From Candidatus Omnitrophota bacterium (GTDB lineage: Bacteria; Omnitrophota; Gorgyraeia; Zapsychrales; Zapsychraceae): a stretch of 64,000 nucleotides of DNA. Every line of letters begins with the position of its first letter. Position 1 is the stretch's first letter. Shown one piece after another: positions 31,361 to 41,367 of the stretch. The position numbers were made by a program, and so were the translations under genes. The stretch spans positions 99,607-163,606 of the forward strand of contig JACKFK010000007.1 in NCBI GenBank assembly GCA_020632515.1. The letters run 5' to 3'. Below the pieces are notes generated by a model that worked only from the letters and a program-made list of their open reading frames with translations, did not search any database and was not told the origin of the DNA.

Positions 31361-32692
31361 TCAATCTAAATATTCGGCGCCAGCATAAGAGAAAACCATG
31401 TCAGCTTCTGCCACGATATCATGACCTACTTTGGTCTGAGCCTTAACTTGCACCGTCCTGGATCGATCCCGAACAACTTCAACCTCCATCACCAACTGAT
31501 CCCCTGGCGTAACCACTTTTCTAAACTTTACTTTATCAGCCGCCATAAAAAAAGCAACTTTACCTTTATGAATTTCATTCGTTAAAACTACCACTCCTGC
31601 TGTTTGCGCCATAGCCTCCACCATTAAAACCCCCGGCATGACCGCCCGCGTTGGAAAATGTCCTTGAAAAAAACTTTCATTAATTGTGACATTCTTAATT
31701 CCGATCGCCCTTTTCCCTTTTTCCAATTCAATCACTTTATCAACTAAAAGAAATGGATACCGATGAGGCAAAATCTTAATAATTTCGTCATGTCCAATGA
31801 CTCGATTTCCACTAATGTTGACAACTTCTACCGTTGTTTTCTTTTTATATTTTTCTAATTGCTTAGCAATCTTCTTTAATAGTTGAATATTTAAGACATG
31901 CCCGCTTTTTACCGCAAACACATGTCCGCGAATAGGAACACCCAAAAGATATAAATCACCGATAAAATCAAGCACTTTATGTCGCACAAACTCATCATCA
32001 AAACGCATTTGATTTTCTTTGACACCATTCTCTGTGATCACAAGTGTATTAGAAAAATTAGCTCCTTTTCCCAGGCCTTTACTTTTTAATTCATTAGCTT
32101 CGCTTTCCAAACAAAATGTCCGACAAGGAGCAATCTGTTTTTGATAAACTTCACTATCAATCACTGAACTAAAAAATTGTGATTTTAAAAAGGAATGATT
32201 GTAATCCAAAGTGTAAGATATTTTCAATTCTTTCGCCGGAAACATGTAAATTGACGATCCATTATTCTCGACTCCAATAGGTTCTATAAGCTCGAAAGGA
32301 TAAACCGCGCCATCCTGTTCTTTAACACCTGCTTTTTTCAAAGCTTCAACATATTCTTTGCCGCTTCCGTCGAGACCTGGAAGTTCACGCCCATCAATTT
32401 CAACCATAATATTAGTAATACCTAAACCGAAAAGAGCGCTCATAAAATGTTCAACTGTATGAATAACTCCATCATCTTTCCCGATAGTCGTGCATCTCGG
32501 TAAAGGTTCATTAAATATGATATTCTCCGGATTCGCTTTAATCTGCGGCTTGTGATTTAAATCAACACGGATAAAGTTAATTCCTGAATCAAGTTCTGCC
32601 GGCTTGCAGCGGATATTCACCTTATCTCCTGTATGCAGCCCCACACCAGATAAAACAAATTCCTTTTCAATTGTCTTCTGAGATTCTTTCAT
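31361..32692 (-). CDS. lpxC-fabZ: Bifunctional LpxC deacetylase / FabZ dehydratase fusion.
   Basis: The N-terminal 300 aa form an LpxC fold (HTxxH...HKxLD zinc motifs: IHTVEHFMSAL, VRHKVLDFIGD). The C-terminal 140 aa form a FabZ hotdog with HFPTRAVMPGVL. Confidence 0.85.
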   Translation of the reverse strand: MKESQKTIEKEFVLSGVGLHTGDKVNIRCKPAELDSGINFIRVDLNHKPQIKANPENIIFNEPLPRCTTIGKDDGVIHTVEHFMSALFGLGITNIMVEIDGRELPGLDGSGKEYVEALKKAGVKEQDGAVYPFELIEPIGVENNGSSIYMFPAKELKISYTLDYNHSFLKSQFFSSVIDSEVYQKQIAPCRTFCLESEANELKSKGLGKGANFSNTLVITENGVKENQMRFDDEFVRHKVLDFIGDLYLLGVPIRGHVFAVKSGHVLNIQLLKKIAKQLEKYKKKTTVEVVNISGNRVIGHDEIIKILPHRYPFLLVDKVIELEKGKRAIGIKNVTINESFFQGHFPTRAVMPGVLMVEAMAQTAGVVVLTNEIHKGKVAFFMAADKVKFRKVVTPGDQLVMEVEVVRDRSRTVQVKAQTKVGHDIVAEADMVFSYAGAEYLD

Positions 32693-33723
32693 GATTGATC
32701 CGTACCTTCAATTTTTTCTACACGCTTTTCTAAGTCTTTAAGCCTTTTAATATATATTGGTAATCGTTGTAAAACTGCGTTAACTTTTTTTACTTGGGCA
32801 TGCGGCTTTGCTGGAAAACCCGAGACAATACTATTCGGTTCCACCGAATGCGTGACGCCCGCCTTAGCCGCAACCGTAGTATTCTCTCCAATAGTTAAAT
32901 GTCCGGCCACGCCAGCCTGCCCTGCTAAAATAGAATTTTTACCAACCGTGACACTTCCTGCAATACCAACCTGAGAGATAATAATACAGTTTTCCTCAAT
33001 GACAACATTATGCGCAATCTGCACCAAATTATCAATTTTTGATCCACGTTTAATAATTGTTTTATCAAACCTTGCCCGGTCAATTGTCACGCATGCACCA
33101 ATCTCAACATTATCTTCTATACAAACAATTCCCAACTGAGGAATTTTCACATGTTCACCGCTGATTTGTTCATAGCCAAAACCATCTGATCCGATAACAG
33201 AACCACTATTAACAATGCATCTTTTACCAATAACTGTTTTTTCCCGAATTGTAACATTGGGATAAATTATTGTCGACGAGCCTATTCTTACATTATGTCC
33301 AATATAACAGTTACCGTAAATAACCGCATTATCCCCAATATGACATCCAGATTCAATAATAACGTTGGCGCCAACCGCGACTTTTTCCCCCAGCTGGACA
33401 TCATCAGCAATCACTGCACGCGGATGTATCCCCTGAAAATGCGGAACAACCCCTTGCCCAAAAAGCTCAGCCGCTTTCGCAAAAGCCAAAGAAGGATTGT
33501 CTGTACGTATAATTGCCTTACCAGGAACAGTCATGTCCCGAGGAGTAATAACAGCAGATGCTTGTGTTGTTTTAAGCAGGGAAAGATATTTTGAATTGGC
33601 AATAAAAGTTAATTCTCCTTCACAAGCTTCTTTAATTCCATTTAAGCCATGAATAATTAAACTTCCATCACCAACAACCTCTCCCTCGATAATTCCTGCT
33701 ATCTCGGTTAAGGTTTTCTTCAT
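32689..33723 (-). CDS. lpxD: UDP-3-O-acylglucosamine N-acyltransferase.
   Basis: N-terminal LpxD domain plus a long hexapeptide beta-helix. 344 aa. There is a 4-nt overlap with lpxC-fabZ. Confidence 0.85.
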   Translation of the reverse strand: MKKTLTEIAGIIEGEVVGDGSLIIHGLNGIKEACEGELTFIANSKYLSLLKTTQASAVITPRDMTVPGKAIIRTDNPSLAFAKAAELFGQGVVPHFQGIHPRAVIADDVQLGEKVAVGANVIIESGCHIGDNAVIYGNCYIGHNVRIGSSTIIYPNVTIREKTVIGKRCIVNSGSVIGSDGFGYEQISGEHVKIPQLGIVCIEDNVEIGACVTIDRARFDKTIIKRGSKIDNLVQIAHNVVIEENCIIISQVGIAGSVTVGKNSILAGQAGVAGHLTIGENTTVAAKAGVTHSVEPNSIVSGFPAKPHAQVKKVNAVLQRLPIYIKRLKDLEKRVEKIEGTDQS

Positions 33724-33828
33724 AAGGCAGCCTAAACTAAAAAATCATCCGCGCTCTCATAGTCGATTTCTATAATCTAAATTTTCACCCTCTAAGAGCA
33801 ATTCTTAGAAAAGAACGCGTAATGTGAT

Positions 33829-34338
33829 TTACTGTTGTGATTTATTTAATATATCAAGCATTTTTACAGTTAGATCATCCGCTGGATTACCATAAATGAG
33901 AACCCTATCATTCAAAATAATACTATATCCTTCTTTTTCCGCAAAATCACTGACGATCTTTTCAATTTCCAACAGAATTTCCCGAATTTTTTCATTTCTA
34001 TCTTTTGTTAAATCTGTCTGATTCTGTTTAGTAAATTCTAATAATTCCGCCTTAAGTTTTTCAATTTCTTCTTCAACTTTGGCTTTTTCTTCATCTTTAA
34101 GAAGCCCTAATTTTCCTTGAGCCTCGCGCACTTTTTCAACCTTCTCGTTGCGTTGTGTTTCAAATTCATTATGACGATTCTCTAAAACTTTATCATATTC
34201 TTTTGTTTTATGGTATTCATCAAATAACCGACTAAGATCCACAAAACCTATTTTTCCTTTTCCAGGTTGCGCAAAACCTGGAACAGCTGCTAAATTTAAA
34301 ATCAAAACCCCTAGAATAAAAAGTCTTGTTAATTTCAT
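33829..34338 (-). CDS. skp: OmpH/Skp periplasmic chaperone.
   Basis: Signal peptide followed by a coiled-coil-rich 150-aa body. It is located between bamA and lpxD, as skp is in many diderms. Confidence 0.75.
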   Translation of the reverse strand: MKLTRLFILGVLILNLAAVPGFAQPGKGKIGFVDLSRLFDEYHKTKEYDKVLENRHNEFETQRNEKVEKVREAQGKLGLLKDEEKAKVEEEIEKLKAELLEFTKQNQTDLTKDRNEKIREILLEIEKIVSDFAEKEGYSIILNDRVLIYGNPADDLTVKMLDILNKSQQ

Positions 34339-34466
34339 ATTTCCCCTCCTTGTATTCTCATAAAATTTAAAGAATTTCTTTCAACAGCAAGATTCTTTTA
34401 ACTAAAACTAATTTAAAGAATAATAAGTATAAGTTCTTGAATTAATATTTAATTAAGAAAGAGTAT

Positions 34467-34494
34467 AGTATATTAATGCCAGCGCTATTGTCAA
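34467..34494 (-). promoter_or_regulatory. Candidate sigma70 promoter for skp: TTGACA, 16-nt spacer, TATACT.
   Basis: On the minus strand, TTGACA lies at 34494..34489 and TATACT at 34472..34467. It is downstream of the bamA terminator hairpin. Confidence 0.35.
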
Positions 34495-34520
34495 CAATCT
34501 TATTTTCTTCACTTACTACT

Positions 34521-34561
34521 ATTAAAAAATAGTCCATCGAAAGTTAAAATCCGATGGACTA
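34521..34561 (-). terminator. Rho-independent terminator after bamA.
   Basis: A perfect 10-bp inverted repeat TAGTCCATCG / CGATGGACTA (34530..34561) with a 12-nt loop. On the minus strand it is followed by TTTTTT (plus-strand AAAAAA at 34524..34529), 22 nt past the bamA stop. Confidence 0.55.
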
Positions 34562-34582
34562 TCCCAAATTTAAAATATTTAT

Positions 34583-36907
34583 TTAAAAACCACGGCTTAC
34601 GCTAAAATAAAACTTACCTGAGCGATCTTCTTTTCCAGGCTCGTCGTTTAATGGATACCCATAATCAAGGTTGACCGGGCCAATAGGGGTTTTTACCCTT
34701 ACCCCAAGACCTGTCCCAGACTTAAATTCTCCTGAACCAAAATCTTCAATCTTGGACCACACATTTCCTGCGTCAAAAAAAGCAGCTAATTTAATAAATT
34801 CAACAATCGGAATTGTATATTCAATATTAGCCACAACCATACTTTCCCCACCAATCGGATCTGTCGACGTAGAATCAATTGGGCCAACCCCGCGTTCTTC
34901 GTATCCGCGAATAGTCCGCGCACCACCGGCAAAAAACCGTTCAAAGATCGGAACAGAACTGGAATCGCCGTACGCATCCACTATCCCAGTTCTTAACCGC
35001 AATTCCAACACAGACTTATATTTTAATGGAATATAATAATTTGTATTGGCTTGAAATCGATAAAAATCTTTGTCTCCACCTAAAAAACCCCCAGCAATAT
35101 CAAAACCACCGCTAACCAAAAGCCCTTTGGTTGGATTAATAAAACTATCGCGATGATCATTAGATGCTGTAAAACCAACAAGACTCACCGTATTTTCTCC
35201 TGCCTCAGCCAATAGATCGGCAGAAACTCCAGCTTCAAAATTTTCAATAGTTACATTTTCTAGACGATAAGTAACTCCGCCTGTTAAGTATTCACTAAAC
35301 TGTTTGCCCAAGCGAAGAGCCCCACCAATACGTTCTTCATCGTAGGCAAAACCAACATCTTCCTCACGGTCACGCTCTGTTCGAAAAACGTCAAAACCAG
35401 CCGAAATAGGGCGATCAAATAACCAGGGTTCAGTAAAACTTAATCTCACGTTATTTCGAGTCGATCCTGTTTCTGCTCGCAAACTTAATTGCTGCCCACC
35501 GCCTGTGAAGGTCGGCCAATTCATGAAATCAAAGTTTCTTTGTTCAATCTCAACAAATCCAACGATCTTGTCAACTGTACTAAATCCTCCGCCAAAACTG
35601 AAAGTCCCAGTTTTCGCTTCCTTAACCTGAACCACTAAATCTTTGCGGTCGTACGTATCCGTATCTTCAATATCAAAACTCACATCTTCAAAATATCCTA
35701 AATTCGATAAACGCTCCTTGCTTCTACGCAACTTTGATCCATCAAAACGATCACCTGGAGACATTTTTAATTCTCTTCGAATAACTTTATCTTTAGTTCG
35801 TGTGTTTCCTTGAATCTTAACTTTGTCAACATAAGCTAATCCACCCTCAACAATATCTAACTTGATTGCCACTTTACCATTATCAGAATCTAACGCTGTT
35901 GCCTCATTAACATTCGCGAATATATATCCGCGGTCAAAATATAATGTGCGGATTTTCGACAAATCTATAGAAAGTTTTTCTCGACTAAAAACATCCCCTT
36001 CCTTAATTTTCTCCATAACTTTTAAAATCTCTTTATTGGATATAATGCTATTACCATTAATATCAATGCTACCAACATAATAACGCCCGCCTTCATTAAC
36101 ATAGACATTGATATCAACATCTCCTTTAAATAAATACTCAATATCAAAATCCGCAACCGCATCAATAAAACCATTTTGTTCATAAAAAGATGTAATTCTT
36201 TCCATATCATCTTCTAATACATCTTCTTTCAAATATCCTGATCTAAACCACAGAAAAGATTTCTCTCTGGATTTAATGACTTTAAGAATTTTCTTATCCT
36301 TAAAAGCATCATTACCTAAAACGTTTATATTCTTAATCCGAACTTTATATCCTTCTTTAATAACAAAATGAAGGCTAACTTTGTTGGTAACCTCATCAAG
36401 AAAAGTTTCCACTTCGACTTCCGCTGAAGTCAAACCTTTTTGAACATACAAATCGGTAATAGTGTCCACATCATCTTTAAGCAATTTATTATCTAGGAAT
36501 TTACCAACTTTAGTTTTTAACGCGTTCTTCAGTTTGCGTGATTTAATATATTTTGTTTTTGAAAAAGTAACTTCTTCAACAATAGGTTTTTCGTCTAAAT
36601 AAATAATGACCTTAAATCCATTGTCATATTCTTGCCGATCAACACGGACATCAGCAAAATAACCCGTGTTATAAAGTCGTCTTAAATCATCGCTAATGAC
36701 GGATTGAATATATTTCTGACCAACTCTTGTTTTAATTTTTGAAAGAATCGTGGCGATGCTGATTGTTTTATTACCTTGGACATCGATAGCTTTAACAATT
36801 TTATCTTCTAAACCGGTAATAGTTTCTTGCGAATGAGCCAAACCTGGCGGGAGCATGAAGGAAAGCGCTAAGATGAATAATATGAATTGTTTTAAAGTTT
36901 GTTTCAT
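34583..36907 (-). CDS. bamA: Outer-membrane protein assembly factor BamA.
   Basis: Signal peptide, five POTRA-like repeats and a C-terminal 16-strand Omp85 barrel ending in an aromatic residue (...SVSRGF). 774 aa. Confidence 0.85.
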   Translation of the reverse strand: MKQTLKQFILFILALSFMLPPGLAHSQETITGLEDKIVKAIDVQGNKTISIATILSKIKTRVGQKYIQSVISDDLRRLYNTGYFADVRVDRQEYDNGFKVIIYLDEKPIVEEVTFSKTKYIKSRKLKNALKTKVGKFLDNKLLKDDVDTITDLYVQKGLTSAEVEVETFLDEVTNKVSLHFVIKEGYKVRIKNINVLGNDAFKDKKILKVIKSREKSFLWFRSGYLKEDVLEDDMERITSFYEQNGFIDAVADFDIEYLFKGDVDINVYVNEGGRYYVGSIDINGNSIISNKEILKVMEKIKEGDVFSREKLSIDLSKIRTLYFDRGYIFANVNEATALDSDNGKVAIKLDIVEGGLAYVDKVKIQGNTRTKDKVIRRELKMSPGDRFDGSKLRRSKERLSNLGYFEDVSFDIEDTDTYDRKDLVVQVKEAKTGTFSFGGGFSTVDKIVGFVEIEQRNFDFMNWPTFTGGGQQLSLRAETGSTRNNVRLSFTEPWLFDRPISAGFDVFRTERDREEDVGFAYDEERIGGALRLGKQFSEYLTGGVTYRLENVTIENFEAGVSADLLAEAGENTVSLVGFTASNDHRDSFINPTKGLLVSGGFDIAGGFLGGDKDFYRFQANTNYYIPLKYKSVLELRLRTGIVDAYGDSSSVPIFERFFAGGARTIRGYEERGVGPIDSTSTDPIGGESMVVANIEYTIPIVEFIKLAAFFDAGNVWSKIEDFGSGEFKSGTGLGVRVKTPIGPVNLDYGYPLNDEPGKEDRSGKFYFSVSRGF

Positions 36908-36953
36908 AAATGTCTCTAATTTTTTCTGATTATAAGATTAATATAAAGGTATG

Positions 36954-38285
36954 TCAATTACCATGTGCAAGATTTTCGAAGCGCATAAATTCTTTTCGGA
37001 AGAGTAATTTTATAGTTCCTACAGGACCGTTTCTTTGTTTTGCAAGAATGATATCTGTTACCCCTCTATTTTCTTCAGTAGGGTTATAATATTCTTCTCG
37101 CATTAATAAAACTACCACATCAGCATCTTGTTCTATAGCCCCTGATTCTCGCAAATCTGATAATTGAGGACGATGATCTTGACGAGACTCAACCGCTCGT
37201 GACAACTGACTTAAAGCAATTACAGGAACACTTAACTCCCGTGCCAATGCCTTTAACGATCTAGAAATTTCTGAGATCTCCTGTTGACGGCTATCCGCTT
37301 TGGTTGAACTACGCATTAGCTGTAAGTAATCTAAAACAATTAATTGGATATCATAATTAGATTTCAAACGTCTCGCCTTTGCCCGTAACTCTAGAACAGA
37401 GATTGCTGGAGTATCATCGATATAAATCTTTGCTTCAGATAACCGTCCGGCGGCAGCTGTTAATTTAGGCCAATCTGACGGGGATAAAAAACCTGATCGA
37501 ACTTTGTGAGCATCAACCTGTGCTTGCGAGCAAAGCATTCTTTGTACAAGCTGTTCTTTTGACATTTCAAGGCTAAATACACCAACCCCCATATTCTTGT
37601 CGATACCAACTCGCTCCGCGATAGAAATAGCAAAAGCGCTCTTACCCATTGATGGCCGCCCAGCTAAAATAATTAAATCCGATTTCTGCAGACCTGAAGT
37701 CATATTATCAAATTCAGTATAAGTCGTGGGGATACCTGTAATATGTTCTTTACGCTGATAAAGTTTGTCTAAAGTTTCAATACTATTTTTTACTAAATCT
37801 TTGATGTGAACTAATTTTTGCTTCTGCTTTAAATCAGCAATCTCAAAAATTAATCGCTCAGCATTATCAACAACATCTTCAACACCTTCTTTCGCATCAT
37901 AACTCGAGGTAATAATCTGCGTGGCGTTTTTGATTAATTTACGTAAAACACCTTTTTCTTTGACGATATTGGCGTAATGCTCAACATTAGCGGATGATGG
38001 GACAAAGTCAATAATCTTTGAAATATGGCTGACTCCGCCGACTTCGGCAAGCAGCCCCTGACTTTTTAATTTATCGGAAAGAGTAATTAAATCAACATTC
38101 TTACGCTCATTATAGAGATCTACCATCGCTCTATAAATCTTGCGGTGGGTTTCTTCATAGAAGAAAGATTCATCAAGAATTTCAATTGCTGTACCGATAG
38201 CTTCCTCATCGATAAGCATTGATCCCAAAACAGATTTTTCGGCGTCGAGATTTTGTGGAGGGATTTTTATTTCTTCGTGACCCAT
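36954..38285 (-). CDS. dnaB: Replicative DNA helicase DnaB.
   Basis: N-terminal DnaB domain and a RecA-like Walker A (AGRPSMGKSAF). 443 aa with no intein. Confidence 0.9.
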   Translation of the reverse strand: MGHEEIKIPPQNLDAEKSVLGSMLIDEEAIGTAIEILDESFFYEETHRKIYRAMVDLYNERKNVDLITLSDKLKSQGLLAEVGGVSHISKIIDFVPSSANVEHYANIVKEKGVLRKLIKNATQIITSSYDAKEGVEDVVDNAERLIFEIADLKQKQKLVHIKDLVKNSIETLDKLYQRKEHITGIPTTYTEFDNMTSGLQKSDLIILAGRPSMGKSAFAISIAERVGIDKNMGVGVFSLEMSKEQLVQRMLCSQAQVDAHKVRSGFLSPSDWPKLTAAAGRLSEAKIYIDDTPAISVLELRAKARRLKSNYDIQLIVLDYLQLMRSSTKADSRQQEISEISRSLKALARELSVPVIALSQLSRAVESRQDHRPQLSDLRESGAIEQDADVVVLLMREEYYNPTEENRGVTDIILAKQRNGPVGTIKLLFRKEFMRFENLAHGN

Positions 38286-38710
38286 AAGCGTATAGTGGTC
38301 GTCACATCTGGATGAAGTTTAACTTTAACTTCAAAAATTCCCAATTCCTCAATTGGATTTTCAATCTGAATTTGTTTTTTATCGATATTAAAACCTTCAA
38401 CCTCTAATGACTTTGCAATATCAGTCTCTGTAATTGATCCATATAATTTATCAAGATCATTAACTTCCACACTTACAGTGCATGATGCTTTCGCTAATTG
38501 GGCAGCTAACTCTTCAGCTTGTTTCTTTTCTTCTTCATAAAGAGATCGACGCTTTTTTTCTTGTAACTCAATTCTCTTTAAATTTCCTGGACTGGCAATA
38601 AAAGCCAAATTTCTTGGCAATAAATAATTACGCGCATATCCATCTTTTACCTTAACCACATCACCAGCTCTGCCAAGCTTGTCAACCTCTTGTGATAATA
38701 TAACTTCCAT
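38267..38710 (-). CDS. rplI: Ribosomal protein L9.
   Basis: MEVILSQEVDKLGRAGDVVKVKDGYARNYLLP is the canonical L9 N-terminus. The track ORF extends 11 codons upstream; the start at Met-12 (38710) is preferred. Confidence 0.85.
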   Translation of the reverse strand: MEVILSQEVDKLGRAGDVVKVKDGYARNYLLPRNLAFIASPGNLKRIELQEKKRRSLYEEEKKQAEELAAQLAKASCTVSVEVNDLDKLYGSITETDIAKSLEVEGFNIDKKQIQIENPIEELGIFEVKVKLHPDVTTTIRLWVTKK

Positions 38711-38793
38711 GGCAATCAATCTCCTCTTGAAATAGTTTCTCACTTAAATTCAGTGATATTTACGGTTAACTCCGCAATCCAATCTAGAATTTC

Positions 38794-39108
38794 TTACTTC
38801 TTTACTCCACCAGTCGTCAATAAAGCTAAAAATCTTGCACGTTTAATTGACGCCGTTAGGAGCCTTTGCTGCTTCGCTGTCACACCTGAAATTCTTCGAG
38901 GAACAATTTTTCCTCGATCATTAATGTAACGTTGCAACAAGCTGAAATTCTTATAATCAATAATAGCATCTTTAGGCATTACAAATTTCGATGCTGTTCT
39001 TTGATTTCGATTATTTCTGCGTTTAAACTTTTCTGAATCCCTGCTAGAACTTCTTTTTGTATTTCCCTTATTATACAATTTATCCTCCTCGAACATTATG
39101 AAATGCAC
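38794..39108 (-). CDS. rpsR: Ribosomal protein S18.
   Basis: [13 protein letters not shown]...[17 protein letters not shown]...[11 protein letters not shown] matches the S18 signature. The true start may be internal. Confidence 0.85.
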   Translation of the reverse strand: MHFIMFEEDKLYNKGNTKRSSSRDSEKFKRRNNRNQRTASKFVMPKDAIIDYKNFSLLQRYINDRGKIVPRRISGVTAKQQRLLTASIKRARFLALLTTGGVKK

Positions 39109-39157
39109 AGGGAACTTTTTAAATACAAAAGGCCCTGTGCATTATCCTTAACCGATC

Positions 39158-39604
39158 TTATTCATCCCAAGCAATATCCTCTGGTTTAATCGTTTCACTC
39201 TGCGTAGCAGAAATATCTGCCATTTCTAAACCTTCTTCTGATTTTGCTTCGTTTTTATCCTTGCCACTATTCTGATAACTCCCTAAAAACTGAACACGTT
39301 CGGCTCTAACATCTATAGCGCTTCGTTTTTGTCCATCATTTGTTTCCCAAAAGCGTGATTGCAATACACCTTCAACAAACACCGAACGTCCTTTTGTTAA
39401 ATATTGGCAACAGGCTTCAGCTTGTTTATCCCATACTGTTACAGTCAGAAAACAAACCTCTTCTTTTAGTTCGCCTGAGCTGTCTTTAAATCGGCGATTC
39501 ACGGCAATCCCTAAATTTGCCACCGCTGTTCCACCTGGCGTATAGCGCAATTCAGGATCTCGTGTTAAATTACCGATTAAAAACACCTTATTTAAGTTCG
39601 CCAT
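39158..39604 (-). CDS. ssb: Single-stranded DNA-binding protein.
   Basis: OB fold (NKVFLIGNLTRDPELRYTPGG) and an acidic C-terminal tail. It occupies the rpsF-ssb-rpsR position. Confidence 0.9.
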   Translation of the reverse strand: MANLNKVFLIGNLTRDPELRYTPGGTAVANLGIAVNRRFKDSSGELKEEVCFLTVTVWDKQAEACCQYLTKGRSVFVEGVLQSRFWETNDGQKRSAIDVRAERVQFLGSYQNSGKDKNEAKSEEGLEMADISATQSETIKPEDIAWDE

Positions 39605-39685
39605 TTAATCCTCCTTAAATTGTCTCAAAGAATTCTTTTACTTGTTGTAATCTCAATCGTTTTTTAATTTAATTTTTAAAATAAT

Positions 39686-40036
39686 TTAAGATTTCTTGAC
39701 GGCGTCTTTTGCCGGTTTAACTGTTTCTGATTTCATAATAGAAAATCGCAATATTTTTTCATTTAATCTTAAAGGTTGTTTAATTTTTTCGATCGAAGAA
39801 CCAGCGTCTTCAAAGCTAATTAAATAATACGTTCCTTCAGTGCGTTTTTTAATTTGAAATGTTAATTTGTGTTTATCAAGCCAAGTTTGACTATTTATTA
39901 CTTTTCCACCTCCTTTTTTGACAGATTCTATGGCTTCTTTAAGAATTGCTTCTTTTTCTTCATTCGATAATTTTGCATCAATGATTAATACCAATTCATA
40001 TTTTTGATTAACTTCTGTTTTCACCATCATATTCAT
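39686..40036 (-). CDS. rpsF: Ribosomal protein S6 (no acidic C-terminal tail).
   Basis: YELVLIID...EGTYYL S6 fold. The C-terminus ...SETVKPAKDAVKKS is basic, not Glu-rich. Confidence 0.85.
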   Translation of the reverse strand: MNMMVKTEVNQKYELVLIIDAKLSNEEKEAILKEAIESVKKGGGKVINSQTWLDKHKLTFQIKKRTEGTYYLISFEDAGSSIEKIKQPLRLNEKILRFSIMKSETVKPAKDAVKKS

Positions 40037-40619
40037 CCTCTTTAACTTTTCGATTATACCTTTCCATTGCTATTGCCAGTCCATCTTTCGCCCATGAAAG
40101 ACAACAGTCAGCCGCCCGGCTGACAAAATCTTCTAAACCTTCCATTTCTTTTTTGGAAAATTTATCCAAAACATACTCAACAACTCCTTCTTTACTCGGA
40201 GGAGCTCCTATTCCCATTCGTAACCGTGGAAAATCTTTTGCCTGAAGGACATCAATAATTGAAGCTAAACCGTTATGCCCGCCGTCACTTCCTTTCGCCC
40301 GTAACCGAAGCTGCCCATAATCAAGCTGAAAATCATCACAAATCACTAACATTTGCGATGCCTTAATTAGGAGTTGATTGATACTCGGCTTAACCGCGCT
40401 ACCCGAATTATTCATAAAAGTAATTGGTTTTAGAAAAACCAATTCACAATTATCATATTCTGTTTTAGCTATTAAACCTTTTGTAAAAGAACTATTTCTA
40501 AATTCAACTTTAAAACGTTCTGCCAACTTCTCTAAAACTAAGAACCCTAAGTTATGCCGGGTCCAACAATATTCTTTTCCCGGATTTCCTAATCCAACAA
40601 TAAGCCGTAACTCTGGCAA
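40008..40619 (-). CDS. pth: Peptidyl-tRNA hydrolase.
   Basis: LIVGLGNPGKEY...TRHNLGF N-terminus. 203 aa. Confidence 0.9.
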   Translation of the reverse strand: MPELRLIVGLGNPGKEYCWTRHNLGFLVLEKLAERFKVEFRNSSFTKGLIAKTEYDNCELVFLKPITFMNNSGSAVKPSINQLLIKASQMLVICDDFQLDYGQLRLRAKGSDGGHNGLASIIDVLQAKDFPRLRMGIGAPPSKEGVVEYVLDKFSKKEMEGLEDFVSRAADCCLSWAKDGLAIAMERYNRKVKEDEYDGENRS

Positions 40620-40628
40620 TATTCTACC

Positions 40629-41315
40629 CTACTCTTTTTTACCTTCTGATTTTTCTTCAGAAGACGCATCACCCTTTTCCTTCTTCTCTTTGATAACTTC
40701 CGGTTCAGTTAATGACTCTTCCTCTGTTTCAATTTCTTCTTTCATAGGAGGAACGACTGAAAAAACAATCGCTTCCGGGTCATGCTTCGTCTTAACACCT
40801 TCAGGTAAAATAACATCCTTCACATGAATCGTATCGCCAATCTTTAGATGACTTACATCAACTTCCAATTTATTAGGAATGTTAGTCGGTAAACATATAA
40901 CATCCAATTCCCAAAGGTTATGTTCTAATGAACCTCCATCCGCTTTAACACCGACAGGTTCACCTTTTGCAACCACAGAAACATCAACTTCAATAGCCTC
41001 TTTCAACGAAATTCTTAGAAAATCGATATGCATCAATCTCTCTAAAACAGGTTCATGCTGCTCCTCTTTAACAATCGCGGAATAATCTCGAACAGAATTA
41101 TCGCCTTCTTTTACATTTAAATGAAAAACAACATTTTCACCATGATGTCCGCGCATAATTTTTTCATAAGAACGGCGATCAACATTAATTGCCGTAGGCT
41201 GTTTTTTCTTTCCACCATAAACTACAGCTGGAACAAACCCTTCTCGTCTGTATTTCTTTATTTTTCTAGACCCTGTTTCCTGCCGCAATTGAACATCTAA
41301 ACTTATCTCTTTCAT
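40629..41315 (-). CDS. rplY: Ribosomal protein L25 / general stress protein Ctc.
   Basis: L25 beta-barrel domain plus a C-terminal extension with an acidic/lysine tail. It sits between pth and prs, the ctc position. Confidence 0.85.
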   Translation of the reverse strand: MKEISLDVQLRQETGSRKIKKYRREGFVPAVVYGGKKKQPTAINVDRRSYEKIMRGHHGENVVFHLNVKEGDNSVRDYSAIVKEEQHEPVLERLMHIDFLRISLKEAIEVDVSVVAKGEPVGVKADGGSLEHNLWELDVICLPTNIPNKLEVDVSHLKIGDTIHVKDVILPEGVKTKHDPEAIVFSVVPPMKEEIETEEESLTEPEVIKEKKEKGDASSEEKSEGKKE

Positions 41316-41367
41316 CGTCTTTCTTTGCCTCCAAATATCAATTTTACGTTTTTAAAATTCCTTTAAT

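Noticed and set aside
38711-38743. Extended N-terminus of rplI (MRNYFKRRLIA...).
   Set aside because: L9 proteins begin MEVIL... The upstream extension overlaps the dnaB 3-prime end and is not conserved, so the start at 38710 is preferred.
39686-40036. Ribosomal protein S6 as the substrate of the RimK homolog.
   Set aside because: The S6 C-terminus here is basic (...AKDAVKKS) and lacks the Glu-rich tail required for RimK glutamylation. The RimK module must therefore have another target.
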